Part shown: in pieces, positions 53,367-64,000 of the stretch
How positions within the stretch are numbered: position 1 is the first letter of the stretch
How the letters are laid out: the number at the start of each line of letters is the position of its first letter
From: an uncultured Gammaproteobacteria bacterium
GTDB taxonomy: Bacteria > Pseudomonadota > Gammaproteobacteria > DRLM01
Length of the DNA: 64,000 nucleotides
NCBI GenBank assembly: GCA_963729605.1
Contig: CAVSNY010000003.1
Location: forward strand, 192,001 to 256,000
Reading direction: 5' to 3'
The notes under the pieces: generated by a model
The model's database searches: none
Told to the model about the DNA's origin: nothing
The model's input: only the letters and a program-made list of their open reading frames with translations
Made by a program: the position numbers and the translations under genes

Positions 53367-54584
53367 TTAATAATAAAAACTCAGTTCGACTTGCAGGTAA
53401 TCGTCGTTGCGGAAATGGGATAACAAGTCATCGCCGCTATGCGTGAAACCACGCGCCTCGATCGCCAGTTTCCAGCTGGCGCCGACGCGGCGGTTGGCCT
53501 CGAGGCTCAACGAACTGGCCCGGCTTTGGCGATCGACGATCGCGGCGATCAGCAGGTCGCTGCTTTGCACGTCGTTGAAGGTGAAGCGCAAGCCCAGCAT
53601 GAGGTCGTCTTGAAAGGGATTGGGACTGGCGCCGCCGCGTTCGTCGTAGAGATACTCCGCCACCAGCCCCAGGTCGGTGGCGTTATCGAAGGGGCCGGAG
53701 AGGGTGTATTCGAATCCGCCGGTGGCCGCGTAATAGGCGGGGCCCTGGCCGACGCGGCGTATCGCCTCGAGCTTCCACAACCAGGCGGCGCGGGTGAGCT
53801 GCATGTCCAGGCCGGTTTGATCGATGAGGTCGTAGCGCGGTATCAGCACCGCTTCGCCGCGGTCGTTGAGGCTGGGCGACAGACGCGGTTCGCGGCTGGT
53901 GCCGCTGAAGTGGGACAGCCCCAGGTCCCAATCGCCGAGGGTGCGGCGCCAGCGCAGCGCGGCGTCGAGGTGGTGTCGTTTTGCCGAGGAGGCGTAAACG
54001 GCTTGCGAGGTATCGACCGGCAATTGCGTGCGCAGCCGGCCTTCCACGCCGGGGAAAATGCGTTCGCGGAAGCCCGGCAGTAAAAAGAAATCGAGCGTGC
54101 CCCAGTCGCGGATCAGGGCGAGGTTGATCATGGGCTGCCCCAATTTTTCCTCGCCGTCGGGATTTTCCACCAAATCGGTTTGGTTGATGATGTCCACCAA
54201 ATGCTGCGATTCGGTGACTCCCCAAAAAATCTTGCGAATGCCGGCGCTCAATTCCCAGTCTCGAGCCGCGTGTTGCCAGGTCAGTTCGCGGATGTCGGCG
54301 TGAGTACGCTCGGCGTCGTGTTGATCCCAGCGAAGAAAAGGCACGAAGGTCAGGCTGTCTCTTCCATCATTCCAGCGCGCGTAATATTCGGGCTCGGCGA
54401 ACAGCGAGAGATTGTTTCCCGCCTGGCGCGGGTCGAGGGGCGCGGCGGTAAACAGCCGCAGTTCCGCGCCGACCCGCCCCGACCATTCGCCGGCGTAGGT
54501 GTTTTGACCGGGAATGCCGCCGCACAGTAGCGCCGTGCCGAGCAGGATCCGCCGCGCGAGAGGAATGGAGCGCACTGACATCAT
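53367..54584 (-). CDS. putative outer-membrane beta-barrel protein
   Basis: Signal peptide; WGVTESQHLVDIINQTD motif; aromatic C-terminal beta signal. Confidence 0.8.
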   Translation of the reverse strand: MMSVRSIPLARRILLGTALLCGGIPGQNTYAGEWSGRVGAELRLFTAAPLDPRQAGNNLSLFAEPEYYARWNDGRDSLTFVPFLRWDQHDAERTHADIRELTWQHAARDWELSAGIRKIFWGVTESQHLVDIINQTDLVENPDGEEKLGQPMINLALIRDWGTLDFFLLPGFRERIFPGVEGRLRTQLPVDTSQAVYASSAKRHHLDAALRWRRTLGDWDLGLSHFSGTSREPRLSPSLNDRGEAVLIPRYDLIDQTGLDMQLTRAAWLWKLEAIRRVGQGPAYYAATGGFEYTLSGPFDNATDLGLVAEYLYDERGGASPNPFQDDLMLGLRFTFNDVQSSDLLIAAIVDRQSRASSLSLEANRRVGASWKLAIEARGFTHSGDDLLSHFRNDDYLQVELSFYY

Positions 54585-55370
54585 TCACTTGGCCCGTTGC
54601 AAACTGTTCTGGTCGAAATCCCGTTCGGTGAGGCCGGTGCGGAAGCGATAATTCTTCCAGATGAGGGTGGTGGTCTTGCCGGTCTGATGATTGACCATCC
54701 GCATCTCGTCGGGGCGCCAGTATTGCTGCAGGTATTGCTGATAGCCGTGATTGGTGAGTGTCTTCAGCAGGCTGTCCTTGCGATCGTAAAATTCGATTTT
54801 CAACGGGCGGTAGTGCTGTTTGTCCACCCACACCCATTGTTTGGTATAACCCGAATATTCATCGGTCGGCCGGCGTTCCACCACGAAACAGTCTTGGCCG
54901 TCGAAGCTTTCATCGCGCAGATAATTGTAGGTGTATTTTGCGAGTTCCTGCGACGAGATGTCTTCGTAGGCGAATTCGCTGCCCATGAACGGCCCGGATT
55001 TGTTGGAGGAGGAAATGCGTTTGACGCGCTTCAAGGCTGGCAGATAAAGCCATTGGTCGTCGGGCCGGGTGGCGTGGGTGTAGCTGAGAAAGGCCGTGCC
55101 TTTGACGTCCGCCGGTTCGTCGAAGATCGCCAGACTTTTATCGCCGTCGTTTTTCACTTCCAATGTGCGCGAACGAATGGCGCGCACGCTTTGGTCGCCC
55201 TGCCGGTTGCGCAGGATCATGGTCATGTCGGCGGTGAAATCCTCAAAGCCGCTGTCGCGGCGATCCGCTTCGGTTGCGATGGCCAGGCCTTTTTCCTGGG
55301 TGGTTGCGGCCGCCAATTCGCCCGCCAGCAGGCTAAGCGCGAGTAAGGGTAATAACAGCATTCGTCGCAT
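54585..55370 (-). CDS. LolA-like outer membrane lipoprotein-sorting protein
   Basis: Signal peptide; DVKGTAFL, DDQWLYLPALKRVKRISS, GPFMGSEFAYED. Confidence 0.9.
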   Translation of the reverse strand: MRRMLLLPLLALSLLAGELAAATTQEKGLAIATEADRRDSGFEDFTADMTMILRNRQGDQSVRAIRSRTLEVKNDGDKSLAIFDEPADVKGTAFLSYTHATRPDDQWLYLPALKRVKRISSSNKSGPFMGSEFAYEDISSQELAKYTYNYLRDESFDGQDCFVVERRPTDEYSGYTKQWVWVDKQHYRPLKIEFYDRKDSLLKTLTNHGYQQYLQQYWRPDEMRMVNHQTGKTTTLIWKNYRFRTGLTERDFDQNSLQRAK

Positions 55371-55480
55371 CGAGAGTTCTCCCTCTTGTCACTGTTGGCT
55401 TCGTCATGAAGACGCGGCACCAGCGCCGGCACAGCAAGGCGCGCGATCAATTACGGGGACTATATTTAACATGCTGAAAA

Positions 55481-55502
55481 TGAATATTCAGTGGAATATT
55501 CA
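55481..55502. promoter_or_regulatory. tandem palindromic operator candidate
   Basis: TGAATATTCA-gt-GGAATATTCA in the AT-rich region upstream of the LolA-like gene. Confidence 0.45.
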
Positions 55503-55614
55503 CACATTGCCGCGGTGCAAGCGGCTGAGGCGCGAGGCCCGTCGCCGGTCCGGCGGCGGGCGGTTAGGCAATTTATTCCGAGGAATGGCGCACGTAGAGC
55601 GCGATGAGAAAATT

Positions 55615-56853
55615 TTAGCCCGGCGAGGCGGTGTAATGGCTGCGCACGTAGTCGTCGACGATGGCCTGGAATTCCTCGGCGATGCGCTCGCCCTTGAGCG
55701 TCACGGTTTTTTCGCCGTCGACGTAGACCGGTGCCACCGGTATCTCGCCGGTGCCGGGCAGGCTGATGCCGATGTTGGCGTGTTTGCTCTCGCCGGGGCC
55801 GTTGACCACGCAGCCCATCACCGCCACGGTCATGGTTTCGACGCCGGGGTGTTGTTTGCGCCACACCGGCATTTGGTGGCGGAGATAGGTTTGGATGTCC
55901 CGCGCCAGTTGCTGGAAGTAGGTGCTGCTGGTGCGGCCGCAGCCGGGACAGGCGATCACCGCCGGGGTGAAGGAACGCAGTCCCAGGCTTTGCAGGATTT
56001 CCTGTCCGACGATGACTTCCTGACTGCGGTCGCCGCCGGGTTCGGGGGTGAGCGAGATGCGGATGGTGTCGCCGATGCCTTCCTGCAACAACACGGCGAG
56101 CGCGGCGGTGGAGGCGACGATGCCCTTGCTGCCCATGCCGGCCTCGGTGAGCCCGAGGTGCAGGGCATAATTGCAGCGGGCGGCGAGTTCGCGGTAGACG
56201 GCGATGAGATCCTGCACGCCGCTCATCTTGCAGGAAAGGATGATGCGGTTGGCGGGCAGGCCCAGTTCTTCGGCTTTTTGCGCGTTCTCGATGGCCGAGA
56301 TCACCATCGCTTCGCGGATGATCTCCGCGCTGTCGCGCGGCTGCGCGGCCTTGGTGTTGTCGTCCATCAGGCGCACCACCAATTCCTGGTCGAGGCTGCC
56401 CCAGTTGACGCCGATGCGCACCGGTTTGTCGTAGCGGCAGGCGGTTTCGATCATGGTCGCGTATTGGCTGTCGCGCTTTTTGCCGCGGCCGACGTTGCCG
56501 GGATTGATGCGGTATTTGCTCAAGGCCTGTGCGCACTCGGGATACAGGCTCAATAGTTTGTGGCCATTGAAATGAAAGTCGCCGATGAGCGGGACCTTGC
56601 AGCCGCGTTTGTCCAATGCCTCGCGGATCGCCGGTACGGCGCGGGCCGCCTCTTCGGTATCGACGGTGATGCGCACCAGTTCCGAACCGGCGCGGGCCAA
56701 TTGAAATACCTGTTCGGCGGTCGCGGCGGGATTGGCCGTGTCGGTGTTGGTCATGGATTGCACCACCACCGGGGCGGTGCCGCCGACGGTGACATGGCCG
56801 ATTTTGACGCCGACGGTCGCGTGCCGTGGCCGGGCTGACTGCGGATTGGACAT
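55615..56853 (-). CDS. ispG: 4-hydroxy-3-methylbut-2-en-1-yl diphosphate synthase
   Basis: [38 protein letters not shown]. Confidence 0.97.
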   Translation of the reverse strand: MSNPQSARPRHATVGVKIGHVTVGGTAPVVVQSMTNTDTANPAATAEQVFQLARAGSELVRITVDTEEAARAVPAIREALDKRGCKVPLIGDFHFNGHKLLSLYPECAQALSKYRINPGNVGRGKKRDSQYATMIETACRYDKPVRIGVNWGSLDQELVVRLMDDNTKAAQPRDSAEIIREAMVISAIENAQKAEELGLPANRIILSCKMSGVQDLIAVYRELAARCNYALHLGLTEAGMGSKGIVASTAALAVLLQEGIGDTIRISLTPEPGGDRSQEVIVGQEILQSLGLRSFTPAVIACPGCGRTSSTYFQQLARDIQTYLRHQMPVWRKQHPGVETMTVAVMGCVVNGPGESKHANIGISLPGTGEIPVAPVYVDGEKTVTLKGERIAEEFQAIVDDYVRSHYTASPG

Positions 56854-56971
56854 GGGATAAACCGTAGGAAACCTGCTGCTCGTAAAGGAGGATTATGATA
56901 ACCCAATTCCGGGGCGGGCCGCACGGCGGGCGTCGGCTGGATAAATAAACGTGGAGTCAGGAGGCGAACTC

Positions 56972-57655
56972 ATGGACGGCAAGACACTGATGCTGCGCGA
57001 TATCGAGAATGAAGTGGAAGCGACTCAGACTTGGATCGGTAAACGGAGGCTCGATTCCCGGGTGATGGCGGCCATCGCAGCGGTGCCCCGCGAGCAATTT
57101 GTCCCCGACGAGTTTGCCGACTGCGCCTATCACAATGGCCCGCTGGCCATCGGCTACGGGCAAACCGTGTCGCAACCCTATATCGTGGCCTTGATGACCG
57201 ACCTCTTGGAACCGGTGCCCGGCGACGTGGTGCTGGAGATCGGCACCGGTTCGGGTTACCAGGCGGCGGTGTTGTCGCGCTTGGTAAAAGAAGTGTATTC
57301 GCTGGAGATCATCCCCGAACTGGCCGAGGCGGCCGCGCGGCGCTTGCGGAACTTGGGTTATCACAATGTGACGGTGCGCGCCGCCGACGGTTATGAAGGC
57401 TGGGCGGAACACGCACCCTACGACGGCATCATCGTCACCGCCGCCGCCGGCCATGTGCCGGAACCGCTGCTGGCGCAGCTCCGGCCGGGGGGCCGGCTGG
57501 TGATCCCGGTCGGTCCGCCTCACGCCAATCAATCACTCGAACTGATCACCAAGGCGGCGGACGGGACCGTCGCCCGCCGCGGCATCCTGCCCGTGGTCTT
57601 CGTGCCGTTTACCGGACGCTGGGGAAGGCCTCAAACGAATCCGTCACCGAAGTAA
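56972..57655 (+). CDS. pcm: protein-L-isoaspartate O-methyltransferase
   Basis: IGYGQTVSQP, VLEIGTGSGYQ, APYDGIIVTAA, FVP. Confidence 0.95.
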   Translation: MDGKTLMLRDIENEVEATQTWIGKRRLDSRVMAAIAAVPREQFVPDEFADCAYHNGPLAIGYGQTVSQPYIVALMTDLLEPVPGDVVLEIGTGSGYQAAVLSRLVKEVYSLEIIPELAEAAARRLRNLGYHNVTVRAADGYEGWAEHAPYDGIIVTAAAGHVPEPLLAQLRPGGRLVIPVGPPHANQSLELITKAADGTVARRGILPVVFVPFTGRWGRPQTNPSPK

Positions 57656-57758
57656 GGGGTCTGACTGCGCACGGGCAACGAATTCCCCGCTTGTTCCAGG
57701 GGGAGAATCTTGCCCCCTCGCTACGTTCCCTCCCCTTGAGCCTCTCCCATCGCCTGGT

Positions 57759-57780
57759 CCCCCGCGGCAAGCCGCGGGGG
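57759..57780. repeat. perfect GC hairpin resembling IS200/IS605-type or MITE end structures
   Basis: CCCCCGCGGC-AA-GCCGCGGGGG. Confidence 0.5.
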
Positions 57781-57820
57781 GGTTGAGATTAAACGCAGGG
57801 GTGATGTCCGCCGGATAACG

Positions 57821-57849
57821 GCGGCGCCCTCGGGGAAGGGCGCCGCTAC
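57821..57849 (-). repeat. GTAG-type REP after the ettA stop
   Basis: Reverse complement GTAGCGGCGCCCT-TCCCCG-AGGGCGCCGC. Confidence 0.6.
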
Positions 57850-57864
57850 GCTGACACGCCTCGG

Positions 57865-59532
<1,668 letters not shown>

Positions 59533-60257
59533 GGCTCACTGACTTAAGTGATGAAGTAGATTTGATCTATATTTAGTTCCGGTGCCGTGTCGCGCGTCCG
59601 GGCAGGGCGAGAGTATAGAACCTCCGGACCGGCTGGGAAAGTACCGTCAGCGCATTTGCCGGCAAAGTCGAGGCATCCACTCCTAGACTTTGCGCGAATC
59701 GTGAACTATTACTTGTGCATGGCATTGGTAATACGGAGCGGATATATGGGGCGGTTGGTGGCTGTAAACGCGAATATCATCCTTTGGATTGAAACCTCTC
59801 GCGTGACACCTGGCCCGGCACTAGCGACTGACGCGTAATGTTATCTTGCCTCTCCTCCCTTGCGCCGACTACGTCCAGCGAATCCATGTTGGTTTTTTCA
59901 TCTCCAGTCCATCCCACCCTTTCCTTACGCATGCGGACGGCGTCTTGTTATGCGGCGGATTCACCGCGCAATGCGCGCCTTGCCATATTGCCGTACGTCT
60001 TAATTCAAAGTCATTCCCCATATCGAGGCCCTGTCCATCTTGATGATGGGATCGATTATCCCAGGGAGATTTTTATTGGCGCCCGGGAAGGCGAGCGGTT
60101 TAAAGAGCGGCTCGGAACGGGCGTTCCTTCTCCGTGCAACGGCGGCGGAACTAATCCATGTTGAAAGGCGCGGATGTTTGCGGCCATCGGGTGACCACCC
60201 AGCCCGAAAATATGCGACGGCTTGTTCAAGTACCCAGGAATGACTACAGGGGTGGAT

Positions 60258-62003
60258 ATGGATAAATCGGAGATAAAAGTGTTGCTGGTGGAGGGCAGTC
60301 AGACCGATGCCCAGCTGGTCCAGGACATGCTGCGGGAATCGAAAAGCGACGAGTTCGTGTTGACTCACGTCCAATCTTTGGCCGAGGCGCTGCAACAGGT
60401 GGTGAACGGGCGTTATGACGTGGTGTTATTGGATCTGGCCCTGCCCGACGCCAACGGTCTGTGCTCGGTGACGCACTTGCAGTCGGCACGACCGGAATTG
60501 CCGATCGTCGTGCTCACCAGTGTTAATGATCAAAGTATCGCTTTACAGGCGGTGCAGGCCGGCGCGCAGGATTATTTATTGAAAGGACAAGGCGACGGCC
60601 ATTTGCTGAGCCGCGCGCTGAGGTATGCCATCGAACGTAAGGAGCGGCAGGCCAAGCTGCTTTTTCTCGCGCAATACGATCAGCTCACCGAATTGCCCAA
60701 TCGCATCTTGTTCAAGGACAGACTCGAGGGGGCGCTCAAGCGCGCCGAACGCACCGGCGCGGCGGTGGCCTTGATGTTCATCGATCTCGACCGGTTTAAA
60801 TTCATCAATGATACCCTGGGCCACGAGTACGGTGACCAACTGCTCAAGGCGGCGGGCGGGCGGATCCGCGCGGCGGTGCGCGCGCAAGACACGGTGGCGC
60901 GCATAGGCGGTGATGAATTCACCGTGATTCTGGAAGGCATCACCCGCCCCGAAGACGCCGCGCCGGTGGCGGAAAAAGTACTCGCGCTGATGGGCACGCC
61001 GTTTAAACTCGGACAGCATCAAGTGACGGTGACCACCAGCATCGGTATCGCGGTGTATCCCGCCAACGCCAGCGACCCGCAAGAGTTGATACGCGCGGCG
61101 GACAACGCCATGTATCGGGTCAAGGCGCGCGGCCGCAATAGTTTTCAATTTTTCACGGCGGCCATGAACTCGAGCGTGACCGGCCGGGGCAGCATGGCCA
61201 CCTCCTTGCGCCACGCCCTGGCACGCAATGAATTTGAAATTCACTATCAGCCTCAAGTGGATTTGCGCAGCGGCGACGTGGTGAGTTTGGAAGCCCTGGT
61301 GCGTTGGCGGCATCCCACCATGGGCTTAATTCCGCCGGCGCGTTTTCTCAACCTGCAGGAGGAAAACGGCCAGATCGTCGCGATGGGTCAATGGTTGTTG
61401 CGTTCGGTTTGCGCACAGCTCATGGATTGGCAGAAACAAGGGACCGGGCCGCTGCGAGTGGCGGTCAATCTCTCGGCCCGTGAATTGAAAAATCCGGGAC
61501 TGACCACGATGCTGGCGGACATTTTGCAATACAGCGGTCTTTCTCCCTATTCGTTGGAGTTGGAAATCGCCGAAAACGTCTTGCGCGAGGGCGACGCGGC
61601 GGCGGTGAGCACCCTGTTTGCTTTAAAACAAATAGGTTTGCGGCTGGCGGTGGACGACTTCGGCAGCAGCGCCTCTTCGCTACGTTGTCTGCGTCGCCTG
61701 CATGTGGACACGCTTAAAATCGATCGGAACTTGATCGGCGAGGTGAATGACGGCGACGAGGAGGAGATGGCGGTGGTGGATGCGATCATCGCCGTGGGGC
61801 ACCATATGGATTCTCAGGTAGTCGCGAAATCGGTGGAGACGACCAACCAATTGGCGATGCTGTACGCCCATGGTTGCGACGGCGCGCAGGGATTTCTGTT
61901 CAGCGAGGCCTTGCCCGCGGACTCGGTGACCCTGTTGCGGGCCGAGCAAAGCCGCTGGGGTTATGCCCAGCATTTGCGACGGGAGTCGTCGCTTTCCCAA
62001 TAA
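60258..62003 (+). CDS. REC-GGDEF-EAL response regulator
   Basis: DVVLLD receiver; RAQD I-site plus GGDEF; EALVRW with degenerate DDFGSSASS and KSVE. Confidence 0.92.
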   Translation: MDKSEIKVLLVEGSQTDAQLVQDMLRESKSDEFVLTHVQSLAEALQQVVNGRYDVVLLDLALPDANGLCSVTHLQSARPELPIVVLTSVNDQSIALQAVQAGAQDYLLKGQGDGHLLSRALRYAIERKERQAKLLFLAQYDQLTELPNRILFKDRLEGALKRAERTGAAVALMFIDLDRFKFINDTLGHEYGDQLLKAAGGRIRAAVRAQDTVARIGGDEFTVILEGITRPEDAAPVAEKVLALMGTPFKLGQHQVTVTTSIGIAVYPANASDPQELIRAADNAMYRVKARGRNSFQFFTAAMNSSVTGRGSMATSLRHALARNEFEIHYQPQVDLRSGDVVSLEALVRWRHPTMGLIPPARFLNLQEENGQIVAMGQWLLRSVCAQLMDWQKQGTGPLRVAVNLSARELKNPGLTTMLADILQYSGLSPYSLELEIAENVLREGDAAAVSTLFALKQIGLRLAVDDFGSSASSLRCLRRLHVDTLKIDRNLIGEVNDGDEEEMAVVDAIIAVGHHMDSQVVAKSVETTNQLAMLYAHGCDGAQGFLFSEALPADSVTLLRAEQSRWGYAQHLRRESSLSQ

Positions 62004-62078
62004 ATTGCCTTTAGCGGTTCCCTGTGTTGAGATGCAAACATGACGACGGCCAGAGCTGTCTTAGGAGGTGAACGAGCG

Positions 62079-62648
62079 ATGACGGGCGGCGATTCCATGC
62101 CACTTTACTCGGTGGGTCACAGCAACCGCACCGCCGCGGAATTTTTGGAGATACTCGATACCTTCGGCATTCGTGGCCTGGTCGATGTGCGCTCCCAACC
62201 CGCGTCCCGCCTCCACCCCCACTTTTCCCGCACCGCCCTGGTCCCGCTGCTGCGGGACATGGACATCGATTACCATTGGCTCGGGCCCAGCCTGGGTGGC
62301 ATGCGTAAAGGCGAGGCGGAGGTGATTTCGCCCCATGTGGCCTTGCACTCGCAAGGCATGCGCGCTTATGCCGATCACATGGCGTCGGCACCGTTTCGCG
62401 CCGGCGTGAAGTCCTTGCTGGAGCGGGCGAGTCGGATGCCCACCGCGATGATGTGCGCTGAAAAATGGCCGCAAAACTGCCATCGCTCCTTGCTCGCCGA
62501 TTACCTCGCCCACCAGGGGGTTCAAGTCGTTCATTTATTGGACGTGGATACCGCCGCGCAGCACCATATGAGTGCGATTGTCCGTCAAGCGAGTGAAGGC
62601 CTCATCTACGATCACGGCTCCGACCGGCAATTGGGCCTGAATTTATAA
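62079..62648 (+). CDS. DUF488 family protein
   Basis: SVGHSNR, VDVRSQP, LGG, YADHM, MCAE..P..CHR; AGGAGGT RBS. Confidence 0.9.
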   Translation: MTGGDSMPLYSVGHSNRTAAEFLEILDTFGIRGLVDVRSQPASRLHPHFSRTALVPLLRDMDIDYHWLGPSLGGMRKGEAEVISPHVALHSQGMRAYADHMASAPFRAGVKSLLERASRMPTAMMCAEKWPQNCHRSLLADYLAHQGVQVVHLLDVDTAAQHHMSAIVRQASEGLIYDHGSDRQLGLNL

Positions 62649-62789
62649 TTTTTCCCCGCGATTCCGGCAATATCGAATTCTGGTTTACCTGTCCATAACC
62701 CAACAGGGTGCTCCGTTTTAGCGACGCGGTTTTGTCGTTTTGAATAATTGTGGCCCTTTTTACGGCGCCGGATAATCAACGTTGCGCAT

Positions 62790-62835
62790 TAAGTCATTGT
62801 TTTAATAGAGGGCATAAATTGGCACAGCTTGTGCT
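62790..62835 (+). promoter_or_regulatory. sigma54 -24/-12 promoter with upstream IHF-like site
   Basis: TGGCAC-AGCTT-GTGCT at 62820-62835 with exact GG-N10-GC spacing; TAAGTCATTGTTT at about 62790-62802. Confidence 0.72.
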
Positions 62836-62846
62836 AAATAATATTT

Positions 62847-62935
62847 GTGGTTCAACCTCGACCCCCCGTCTTGTTGAGTCACGTTAATCCCTCTCCCTGA
62901 TTAAGGGGTACCTTCATAGGTACCCCGTTTTTTTT
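62847..62935 (+). ncRNA. candidate sigma54-dependent small RNA (about 90 nt)
   Basis: Three consecutive hairpins: 62847-62882 (C-rich loop), 62884-62904 (loop CCUCUCCCU), then terminator; no ORF. Confidence 0.68.
62905..62935 (+). terminator. Rho-independent terminator
   Basis: GGGGTACCT-TCAT-AGGTACCCC-G-T8. Confidence 0.9.
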
Positions 62936-62960
62936 ACAGCCTCGAACACTTTCAGCAAGC

Positions 62961-63998
62961 TTAAATCACCCGGTCGTTACCGCCGTCGATGGGCAATTGC
63001 GCGCCGGTGGTCTTGGCGAACAGCGGGCCGCACAGCTCCGCCGCGAGTTCGGCGACGTCGCGGCTCTTCACTTCCACCTTCAGCACATTGTTGGTCTTGT
63101 ATTGCTCGACGCCGAGGCCGTAATGCGCGGCGCGGGCGGCGAGGACTTCTTCGGTCCAGAGACCGGTGTCGAATACCGCGTTGGGATGAAGACTGTTGAT
63201 GCGAATGCCGTCGCCGCCCCATTCCAGCGCCGCGACCCGCGCGAGTTGATTGAGCGCCGCCTTCGACGCCGAATAGGCCGCCGCGCCCGGCCCCGGTGCC
63301 GGCACGTTCTTGGAACCGATCACCACCACCCGGCCGCCGCGCGGCGCGTGTTTCAAAAGTGGATGCGCCTCGCGCAGCAGTACCAGATTGGCGTCGAGAT
63401 TGATGCGCATCACCCGCTGCCATTCTTCGAGGGCGAGCGCCTCGATACGGCGGCCGGACGGGAACACGCCGGCGTTGAGGATTAGCATGTCGAGGCCACC
63501 GTAGGTGCGCACCGTCGTTTCCAGCGCGGCGGTGAGTTGCGCTTCGACGGTGACGTCACACAGCACGCCACGAAATGCAGGCTTTTTGTGCAGGGCGGTG
63601 ATGGCGGGATCGATGTCGAGTCCGACCACCGCCGCGCCGCGCGCGAGCAGCGATTCGACGCAGGCCTTGCCGATGCCGGAGGCCGCGCCGGTGACCAGCG
63701 CGACTTCGCCGGTGAACATCGGTGGCTTGCCGCCCTTGCGCAGCTTGGCTTGTTCGAGATCCCAGTATTCCATGTCGAACAGATCACGCGCGGAAAGGGC
63801 GCGGTAACCCCCGAGCGCCTCGGCCCGCATAATCACGTCGATGGTGTGATCGTAGATGTCGCGCACGATGGCGGCGTCCTTGGCGGTGTGCCCGACCGCG
63901 GCCATGCCCCAATCCTGGTCGAGGATCACCCGCGGTGTCGGGTCGAGCATGGTCTTGGGTTCGCGCGCCGTCGCAGCGTGCGCATCGAAGTAATCGCG
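62961..63998 (-). CDS. bifunctional class II aldolase/short-chain dehydrogenase, C-terminal part (runs off window)
   Basis: LDPTPRV, MEYWDLEQAKL linker, TGAASGIG, NAG, YSASK; frame open to the edge. Confidence 0.9.
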   Translation of the reverse strand, partial: RDYFDAHAATAREPKTMLDPTPRVILDQDWGMAAVGHTAKDAAIVRDIYDHTIDVIMRAEALGGYRALSARDLFDMEYWDLEQAKLRKGGKPPMFTGEVALVTGAASGIGKACVESLLARGAAVVGLDIDPAITALHKKPAFRGVLCDVTVEAQLTAALETTVRTYGGLDMLILNAGVFPSGRRIEALALEEWQRVMRINLDANLVLLREAHPLLKHAPRGGRVVVIGSKNVPAPGPGAAAYSASKAALNQLARVAALEWGGDGIRINSLHPNAVFDTGLWTEEVLAARAAHYGLGVEQYKTNNVLKVEVKSRDVAELAAELCGPLFAKTTGAQLPIDGGNDRVI

Positions 63999-64000
63999 AT

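Noticed and set aside
59587-60395. Small ORFs in the ettA/REC-GGDEF-EAL intergenic region
   Set aside because: No RBS, atypical codon usage, mutually overlapping and no recognisable motifs

Overview
High-GC gammaproteobacterial chromosomal segment, probably from an uncultured chemolithotroph-like lineage (inference). It is mostly housekeeping genes: mutL 3' end, ligA, ppiC-bolA-yciI-yciB, PHP-yciO-M50-trpS-scpAB-rluB-endoIII-like, lolE/D, comEC-exbBD-msbA-lpxK, leuA-udg-rimI, cspA, a frameshifted uvrA, MFS-ssb-sucCD-nadE-glnB, ispG, pcm, ettA, two c-di-GMP genes and the 3' part of an aldolase/SDR fusion. No tRNA, rRNA or cas genes were seen. The notable content is accessory or non-coding. (1) A lower-GC islet after mutL carries a REP-flanked RAYT transposase and a mosaic of Ig-like surface-protein fragments. 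(2) Downstream of comEC, a 277-bp tandem triplication of the comEC 3' end is bounded by BoxC-like palindromes, and the third copy holds an exact 128-bp insertion forming a CRISPR-like repeat-spacer mini-array (30-bp hairpin repeats, 31-bp unique segments). (3) An intact IS3-family element with a GAT target duplication separates a promoter/leader/RBS from a MEDS-fragment/EAL gene. (4) An unannotated Leu-rich leader peptide precedes leuA. (5) A multi-hairpin leader precedes a lytic transglycosylase. (6) A candidate sigma54-dependent ~90-nt sRNA has three hairpins with C-rich loops. All calls come from reading the sequence; no searches were run.
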